From: an uncultured Bacillota bacterium
GTDB lineage: Bacteria > Bacillota_I > Bacilli_A > RFN20 > CAG-288
DNA: 64,000 bases
NCBI GenBank assembly: GCA_949299015.1
Contig: CASFYT010000002.1
Span: forward strand, 50,781 to 114,780
Reading direction: 5' to 3'
Below are positions 58,226 to 64,000 of the stretch, in pieces (the first letter of the stretch is position 1; every line of letters begins with the position of its first letter). Made by a program: the position numbers and the translations under genes. Under the pieces are notes generated by a model. That model did no database searches, was not told the DNA's origin, and worked only from the letters and a program-made list of their open reading frames with translations.

Positions 58226-59160
58226 TGGAAAGGAGGTCCAACTGGAAGGGCTGGCTCTATCTTTCGCCCGCCCTGGTCCTGATTGCGCTCTTCACCATCT
58301 TTCCGATCATCAACACGTTCATCATCTCCTTCATGAAGGACTACAACTATGCCAGCGGCGCCAACGAGGGCTTCACCTTTGACAATTATGGCATCATCCT
58401 CGGCCTGACGCCCCTGATTCCAGGGGACGATTCGACGCGCGTGACGGAGTTCATCCGTTATGCCCTTCCCAACACCCTCATCATCACGTTCGTGACGGTC
58501 CCGATTTCCGTCCTTCTCTCCCTGATGATTGCCGTCGGACTCAACCGCATCAAGAAGGTCCGAAGCTTCTTCCAGACGATCTTCTTCTTGCCTTACGTCA
58601 CGAACACGATTGCGGTCGGCATGGTATTTGCCCAGATTTTCTCTCATACAGGACTTTTCAACTCAATCTTTGGACTGGAGAATGTCTATTGGCTGGAACA
58701 AGGAATGACCACCTGGGGAAGGAGCATGTTCCTCATCTGCCTCTATGTCATCTGGACGGCCCTTCCTTTCAAGATCCTGATCTTTGCCTCGGCCCTCCAG
58801 AGCATCGACAAGCAATACTACGACGCGGCGAGGATCGACGCTTCCCCGCGTTGGAAGACGGACCTGAAGATCGTCTTCCCCCTGATCTCCCCTCAGATCC
58901 TCTACGTCTCCGTCACCTCCTTCATCTCGGGATTCAAGGAGTACAATGCCATCATCGGCCTCTTCAACCGTTCTTATACCTCCGACGGAAACCTTCATGA
59001 CCTCTATACGGTCGTCTACTATATCTACGACCAGATCCAGAGCGACAGCGCCGTCCGTCACCTCGACTATGCGGCGGCGGGTTCGGTCGTGCTCTTCGTC
59101 ATCATCTTCGCCTTCACCCTGCTTCAGATGCAGGTCAGCAAGAAGAGGATCCATTATTGA
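58225..59160 (+). CDS. carbohydrate ABC transporter permease
   Basis: TM helices, FFLPYVT, YYDAARID loop. Confidence 0.92.
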   Translation: MERRSNWKGWLYLSPALVLIALFTIFPIINTFIISFMKDYNYASGANEGFTFDNYGIILGLTPLIPGDDSTRVTEFIRYALPNTLIITFVTVPISVLLSLMIAVGLNRIKKVRSFFQTIFFLPYVTNTIAVGMVFAQIFSHTGLFNSIFGLENVYWLEQGMTTWGRSMFLICLYVIWTALPFKILIFASALQSIDKQYYDAARIDASPRWKTDLKIVFPLISPQILYVSVTSFISGFKEYNAIIGLFNRSYTSDGNLHDLYTVVYYIYDQIQSDSAVRHLDYAAAGSVVLFVIIFAFTLLQMQVSKKRIHY

Positions 59161-59162
59161 TT

Positions 59163-60131
59163 ATGGAACAGGAAATCCAGACGCACTTGAACCTGATCAT
59201 CCCTCGTCGAAAGGGAGATCTGCGGAAGACGGAGCGGAGAGACAAGGTCCTCCACGTCCTTTCCCTTGTCTTGGTCTATCTCTTCCTGGCCTTCTTCGCC
59301 TTCATCGTCCTCTTTCCCTTCTACTACATGATCGTGGCCTCCTTCATGACCGAGGACCAGCTGACGACCGGCGGATTCTTCCCGACGGACGGAAACATCC
59401 TCGAGAACATCGCCTTCAACTACTCCCATACAATCAACAACGAGGGCTTCCCCTACTTCCGCCTGGTCCTCAACACCGTGATCGTCGGCCTTGGCACGAC
59501 GTGCGGCAGCCTCGTCATCACGATCCTCTCGGCCTTTGCCTTCAGCAAGCTGGAATTCAGGGGGAGGGAAATCCTCTTCACGATCTTCCTGGCGACGATG
59601 ATGATTCCGGGCGAGATGATGGTCATCACCAACTACATCACGATGAGCACGCTCGACCTGGCCTATGCAGACCAGACGCAGTTCCAGGTCTACCTGACCT
59701 TGATCCTCCCCTTCCTCTGCAACGTCTTCTACATCTACCTCCTGCGCCAGAATTTCAAGCAGATCCCCAACGAGCTCTATCTCGCCGCCAAGGTGGACGG
59801 GAAGAGCGACTGGCAATACCTTTGGAAGGTCATGGTCCCCCTGGCCATGCCGACCCTCATCACCATCTTCATCCTGCAGTTCATCGAATCCTGGAATTCC
59901 TACGTTTGGCCCCGGACCATCATCATCAACCGGGATCCCAACTTCTCGGTCCTCTCCGTCGCTCTCCGCGGCACGGCGTTCCGCTACCTCGACCGGCTCG
60001 ACCAGTGGCGGCCGATGTACACGTGGCAGATGGCCGCGACCGTCCTGACGACCGTTCCTTTACTGATTCTTTTCATTCTCTTCCGCAAGTACATCATGCG
60101 CGGTATTGCCCGAGCTGGAATCAAGGGTTAA
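59163..60131 (+). CDS. carbohydrate ABC transporter permease
   Basis: TMMIPGE, IPNELYLAAKVDG, WNSYVWP. Confidence 0.93.
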   Translation: MEQEIQTHLNLIIPRRKGDLRKTERRDKVLHVLSLVLVYLFLAFFAFIVLFPFYYMIVASFMTEDQLTTGGFFPTDGNILENIAFNYSHTINNEGFPYFRLVLNTVIVGLGTTCGSLVITILSAFAFSKLEFRGREILFTIFLATMMIPGEMMVITNYITMSTLDLAYADQTQFQVYLTLILPFLCNVFYIYLLRQNFKQIPNELYLAAKVDGKSDWQYLWKVMVPLAMPTLITIFILQFIESWNSYVWPRTIIINRDPNFSVLSVALRGTAFRYLDRLDQWRPMYTWQMAATVLTTVPLLILFILFRKYIMRGIARAGIKG

Positions 60132-60175
60132 AATTATTTGTCGCCAGTTTTGGCGATTGAAAAGGAGAATACAAA

Positions 60176-61774
60176 ATGAAAAGATCTGTCTGCTCTCTCC
60201 TTGCCCTCGCATCTGTTGGTCTGATCCTGGCCGGCTGCACGGAAACCTCTTCCAGCTCCACGACGACCGGTTCTGGTGAAGAGATCACCCTGACGTGGTG
60301 GAACGACTATGCCCAGACGGGAGATTCGGCGACGACCCAGCGCTATGACTACGTCCAGAGCGTCATCGAAGCCTTCGAGACGGACCATCCGAACATTCAC
60401 GTCGTCCAGGAAAACCACAACAGCTACGGCGAGATCGCCGGCGACGTCACCAACGCGCTCTCGGCGGGCGGAAGGAACCTTCCCAACATCGCCAGCGTCT
60501 ATCCCGACAACGCCGTCATCTGGGACGAGACGGAAGGAGCCGTCCTCCATCCGGAACAGTACTTCGAGGATCCGGAGATCGGCTTCGGCGATACCTATGC
60601 CGACATCCAGTCTTCGATCGAGGCGGAGAAGTCCGGCTATGGCTCGGGCCCGCTTCTGACCCTTCCCTATTCGCGTTCTTCCGAAGCGATGTTCATCAAC
60701 GAGACGGTCTTCGACAAGGTGGGAGAGGGAGCCTGCGGAAACGACAGCGACCCGGCGGTCATGGGAGACCTCGAGAAGTATACGGCTCCGATCGCGGCCT
60801 CGACCAAGGTCGCCTACGACGTCCCGACCACGTGGACGGAGATGATCGACCTGGCCCGCCAGATGAAGGCCGACTTCCCGGAGGTCTTCGCCAACCAGCG
60901 CGATTCGCAGAACATGCTTACGGCCGTCCCAATCTGCTACGACAGCGGCGACAACATGTTCATCACCTTCTGCAAGATGATGGGCATCCCCTATACCGAC
61001 GAGGCCAGCGTCCTCTTCAACAACGACGACGCCAAGCAGATGATGATCCAGCTCAAGAAGTGGAACAACGAAGGCCTGATCGGCACGGCGGACCAGCTCC
61101 CCATCACCAACGCGGAGCAGGGATGGCACGAGTACTCCACCTCGATGGTCAACTACGGCAAGGTCTTCATCCTCATCTCCTCCACCACCTCGGGCATGTA
61201 CCTGGGCGTCGACGGCTACCGTGCCGGCGTCTATCAGACCCCGACCATCGGCGGTCGGGACCTTGAGGACGCGACGTTCTCGAGCTCCGTCTCCCAGACG
61301 GGAGAGCACTACGCCATCTCCCAGGGACCTTCCCTCGTCCTCTTCGAGGGCGGTGACGAGGCAATCAACCGCGCGACCTTCGAGTTCTATACCTTCCTCA
61401 CCAACACGGAGAACGGTGCGGGCCTGAGCAACACGACGGGCTACTTCCCGGTCCGTGCCTCCTCCAACGACACGGAGGAGCTCCGCGAGATCATCGACGC
61501 GGCGGACGACACCATCACGGACAAATCCAACAGCGAGGCGGACCTGACGGCGAAGACGAACCACTACAAGGGCTGCAGCTACCAGATCAACGAGGAGTAC
61601 ATCTCCCAGAACGACTACTTCATCGCCACCATCAACGACAAGTCGGCAGCGACGCGCTCGGCCGTCGGAACCATGGTCAACACCATCTTCGACACGGTCG
61701 CCACGACCGACAGCGAGATCGAGACCCTCGTCAACAACGCCTTCCAGACTGCGTACCTCGCGTCCATCCAGTAA
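60176..61774 (+). CDS. extracellular solute-binding lipoprotein
   Basis: LAGC lipobox, ITLTWW, LPYSRSSE, PTTW.E, QGP, TGY.PVR. Confidence 0.88.
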   Translation: MKRSVCSLLALASVGLILAGCTETSSSSTTTGSGEEITLTWWNDYAQTGDSATTQRYDYVQSVIEAFETDHPNIHVVQENHNSYGEIAGDVTNALSAGGRNLPNIASVYPDNAVIWDETEGAVLHPEQYFEDPEIGFGDTYADIQSSIEAEKSGYGSGPLLTLPYSRSSEAMFINETVFDKVGEGACGNDSDPAVMGDLEKYTAPIAASTKVAYDVPTTWTEMIDLARQMKADFPEVFANQRDSQNMLTAVPICYDSGDNMFITFCKMMGIPYTDEASVLFNNDDAKQMMIQLKKWNNEGLIGTADQLPITNAEQGWHEYSTSMVNYGKVFILISSTTSGMYLGVDGYRAGVYQTPTIGGRDLEDATFSSSVSQTGEHYAISQGPSLVLFEGGDEAINRATFEFYTFLTNTENGAGLSNTTGYFPVRASSNDTEELREIIDAADDTITDKSNSEADLTAKTNHYKGCSYQINEEYISQNDYFIATINDKSAATRSAVGTMVNTIFDTVATTDSEIETLVNNAFQTAYLASIQ

Positions 61775-61780
61775 GATCAT

Positions 61781-61811
61781 GGACCGCTTCCGAAAGGAGG
61801 CGGTCTTTTTT
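61781..61811 (+). terminator. terminator after ABC operon
   Basis: GACCGCTTCC-GAAA-GGAGGCGGTC followed by T run. Confidence 0.88.
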
Positions 61812-61843
61812 GTGGTGGAAAGTTGCTTTTTCTGCTTCCATCG

Positions 61844-61866
61844 AAAAAGCCCTGCCGAAGCAGGGC
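61844..61866 (-). terminator. terminator after serS
   Basis: GCCCTGC-CGAA-GCAGGGC preceded by A run. Confidence 0.7.
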
Positions 61867-61878
61867 GGGGAAGGTCGA

Positions 61879-63195
61879 TCAGTGGATGATGTCCGTCCCC
61901 ATGTAGGGGCGGAGGACCTCCGGGACGGTGATGGTCCCATCGGCGTTCTGGTAGTTCTCGATGACGGCGGCGACCGTCCTTCCGACCGCGAGACCCGAGC
62001 CGTTGAGCATGTGGACGAACTCGGTCTTGCTGTCCTTGCTCCGCTTGAAGCGGATGTTCATCCTGCGGGCCTGGTAGTCGGTGTCGTTGGAGCAGGAGGA
62101 GATCTCCTTGTAGTTGTCGGTCGTGGGGACGAAGAGGCCGTCCTTCTCCTCGTAGTCGTTATAGGAAGGCATCCAGACCTCGAGGTCGTACGTCTTGGCC
62201 GAGGAGAAGCCGACGTCGCCCGTCGAGAGGCAGACCCTCCGGTAGGGGAGCTTGAGGAGCTCCAGGATTCTTTCGGCTTCTTCCGTCAGGCTTTCCAGCT
62301 CGGCGAAGGAGTTCTCCGGCAGGCAGTACTTGACCAGCTCCACCTTCTGGAACTGATGCTGGCGGATGATGCCGCGGGTATCCCTTCCGGCGGCTCCGGC
62401 CTCGGCGCGGAAGCAGGACGAATAGGCGCAGAACCACTTGGGAAGGTCCTCGGCGGCGAGGATCTCGTCCCGGTAGTAGTTGGTGACGGGGACTTCGGCC
62501 GTCGGGATCATCCAGAAGTCGCCGGGCGTGGTGTTGTAGGCCTGGTCCGCGAACTTCGGGAGCTGTCCCGAGCCGGTCAGCGAGGCGGTGTTGACCATGT
62601 AGGGAGGAAGGACTTCCGTATAGCCGGCCTTCGTGTGGGTATCGAGCATGAAGGAGGCAAGGGCCCTCTCGAGGCGGGCGAAGGCGCCGAGGTAGAAGGT
62701 GAAGCGGGTGCCGGAGACCTTGGCGGCGCGGTCGAAGTCGAAGTAGCCGAGCCTCGTCCCCAGTTCCCAGTGGGCGAGGGGCTTGAAGGAGAAGGTCGTC
62801 TTCTTTCCGACGACCTTCTCGACCCGGTTGCTCTGGTCGTCCGGTCCGATGGGAAGGGAAAGGTCGGGAAGGTTGGGCGTCTTGAGCATCATCTCGTGAA
62901 TCTCTTCCTCCGCCTTCTCGCGTTCCTTGTCGAGCCGAGCGATCTCCTCCTTGTCGAAGTTGAGCTTCGACAGGAGCTCCTCGGCCTCCTTGTCCTTCTT
63001 CTGAGCCTTGAGCTTTCCGATTTCCTTGGACTGGCTGTTCCTCTCGGCCTTGAGCTTGTCGGCTTCGAGGATGCAGTCCTTTCTCCTCTTCTCCAGGTTC
63101 GGAAGCTCCCGGAGATAGGAATAGTCTCCCGTCCGGGTCTCGAGCCGGACGATGACCTCGTCGAGGTGGTCGATCACGTATTTCACGTCGAGCAT
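61879..63195 (-). CDS. serS: serine--tRNA ligase
   Basis: [36 protein letters not shown] motifs. Confidence 0.98.
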   Translation of the reverse strand: MLDVKYVIDHLDEVIVRLETRTGDYSYLRELPNLEKRRKDCILEADKLKAERNSQSKEIGKLKAQKKDKEAEELLSKLNFDKEEIARLDKEREKAEEEIHEMMLKTPNLPDLSLPIGPDDQSNRVEKVVGKKTTFSFKPLAHWELGTRLGYFDFDRAAKVSGTRFTFYLGAFARLERALASFMLDTHTKAGYTEVLPPYMVNTASLTGSGQLPKFADQAYNTTPGDFWMIPTAEVPVTNYYRDEILAAEDLPKWFCAYSSCFRAEAGAAGRDTRGIIRQHQFQKVELVKYCLPENSFAELESLTEEAERILELLKLPYRRVCLSTGDVGFSSAKTYDLEVWMPSYNDYEEKDGLFVPTTDNYKEISSCSNDTDYQARRMNIRFKRSKDSKTEFVHMLNGSGLAVGRTVAAVIENYQNADGTITVPEVLRPYMGTDIIH

Positions 63196-63225
63196 GTTTT
63201 TTCTCCTTGTTATGGGTGCGACACA

Positions 63226-63234
63226 ATTATAGCA
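63226..63234 (-). promoter_or_regulatory. extended -10 promoter for serS
   Basis: TGCTATAAT on minus strand in the 42-bp gyrA-serS gap. Confidence 0.6.
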
Positions 63235-63237
63235 ACA

Positions 63238-64000
63238 TCATTCTCCGTCGGCGTCGTCATCCTGCGACTTCTCGGCCCTCTGGAGCAGTTCCTTCAGGGC
63301 TTCGTCCTCGCTGGCTGGCGCTTCCTTGTCCAAGGAGGGGTCGTCCTTGGCCTCGTACTCGCTCTCTCCGGGCTCGATGGAGCAGGAGGAGATGTTCTCC
63401 TTCTCGCGCAAGGTGATGATCTTGACGCCGATGGTGTTGCGGGACATGCTGTTGACCTGGGTCAGGGTGGTCCGGATGGTCGTTCCGTGGTCGGTGATGA
63501 TGAGGATGTCCTCGTCGCCCTGGACGGTCTTGATGGCGATGAGCTTGCCGTTCTTGTCGGCGACCTTCATCGTCTTGACGCCCTTCGATCCGCGGGCCGT
63601 GACGCGGTATTCGCTGATCGGAGTGATCTTCCCGTAGCCGTTGGCCGACAGGGAGAAGATCTTGTCGCCCTCGAGCGAAGTCACCACGCCGACGACCGTC
63701 TCGCCCTCGGGGAGGTCCATGCCCCTGACGCCGGTGGCCGTCCGTCCCATGGAACGGACTTCCTTCTCGGGGAAGGTGCAGACCTTGCCTTCGGAGGATC
63801 CCAGGGAGATCAAGGCCGTGCCGTCGGTGTGCTTGACGTCGATCAGGCGGTCGCCTTCCCTCAGGGAGATGGCGATCTTTCCGTTCGAGAGGATGTTCCT
63901 GAACTCGGTGGCGCTGGAACGCTTGACGACGCCTTCCTTCGTGGCGAAGAAGAGGTAGGAGTTCTCGGAATAGTCGTCCATCGAGACGATCGAGGTGACC
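63238..64000 (-). CDS. gyrA: DNA gyrase subunit A, C-terminal part (runs off window)
   Basis: Beta-pinwheel repeats (R.MGR.A.GVRG, R..RG.KGV), acidic tail, followed by serS. Confidence 0.9.
   Translation of the reverse strand, partial: VTSIVSMDDYSENSYLFFATKEGVVKRSSATEFRNILSNGKIAISLREGDRLIDVKHTDGTALISLGSSEGKVCTFPEKEVRSMGRTATGVRGMDLPEGETVVGVVTSLEGDKIFSLSANGYGKITPISEYRVTARGSKGVKTMKVADKNGKLIAIKTVQGDEDILIITDHGTTIRTTLTQVNSMSRNTIGVKIITLREKENISSCSIEPGESEYEAKDDPSLDKEAPASEDEALKELLQRAEKSQDDDADGE

Overview
A GC-rich (roughly 60%, strongly C/G-ending codons) chromosomal segment that uses TGA as stop (code 11). Gene content, sigma-A-type promoters, CIRCE and cre-like sites point to a Bacillota/Bacilli organism, and the lipoprotein style and inserted ABC ATPase resemble uncultured gut Bacilli near Erysipelotrichales/Mollicutes (inference). 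Housekeeping genes: whiA 3' end, gap-pgk-tpiA, tdk, ung, groES-groEL, PPi-type pfk, feoAB, rpiB, tsaC, ftsH, eno, mnmE-tatD-rnmV-rsmA, uvrB, serS and the gyrA 3' end. These are interleaved with surface and glycan genes: Ser/Thr-tethered Ig-like lipoproteins, a secreted GH2, a GH43 lipoprotein, a sugar ABC transporter, a YfhO-type GT-C protein, two O-antigen-ligase-like membrane proteins and a priming sugar transferase. I saw no rRNA, tRNA, CRISPR array, intact IS or prophage. Most notable observations: (1) a self-contained ~100-nt candidate sRNA right after feoB, with a 7-1-7 palindrome on its -10 box; (2) recurring 100-150 bp AT-rich patches inside otherwise GC-rich genes; (3) an IS3-OrfA-like HTH protein with no transposase, embedded in the ftsH-tsaC-rpiB operon; (4) an FtsH with an extra C-terminal domain; (5) a protein made of three tandem DUF1292-like units; (6) cre-like operators that tie uncharacterised lipoproteins to carbohydrate foraging; (7) a possible lipid-carrier glycosylation system for Ser/Thr-rich lipoproteins. 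All family calls come from motif recognition by eye, not database searches.
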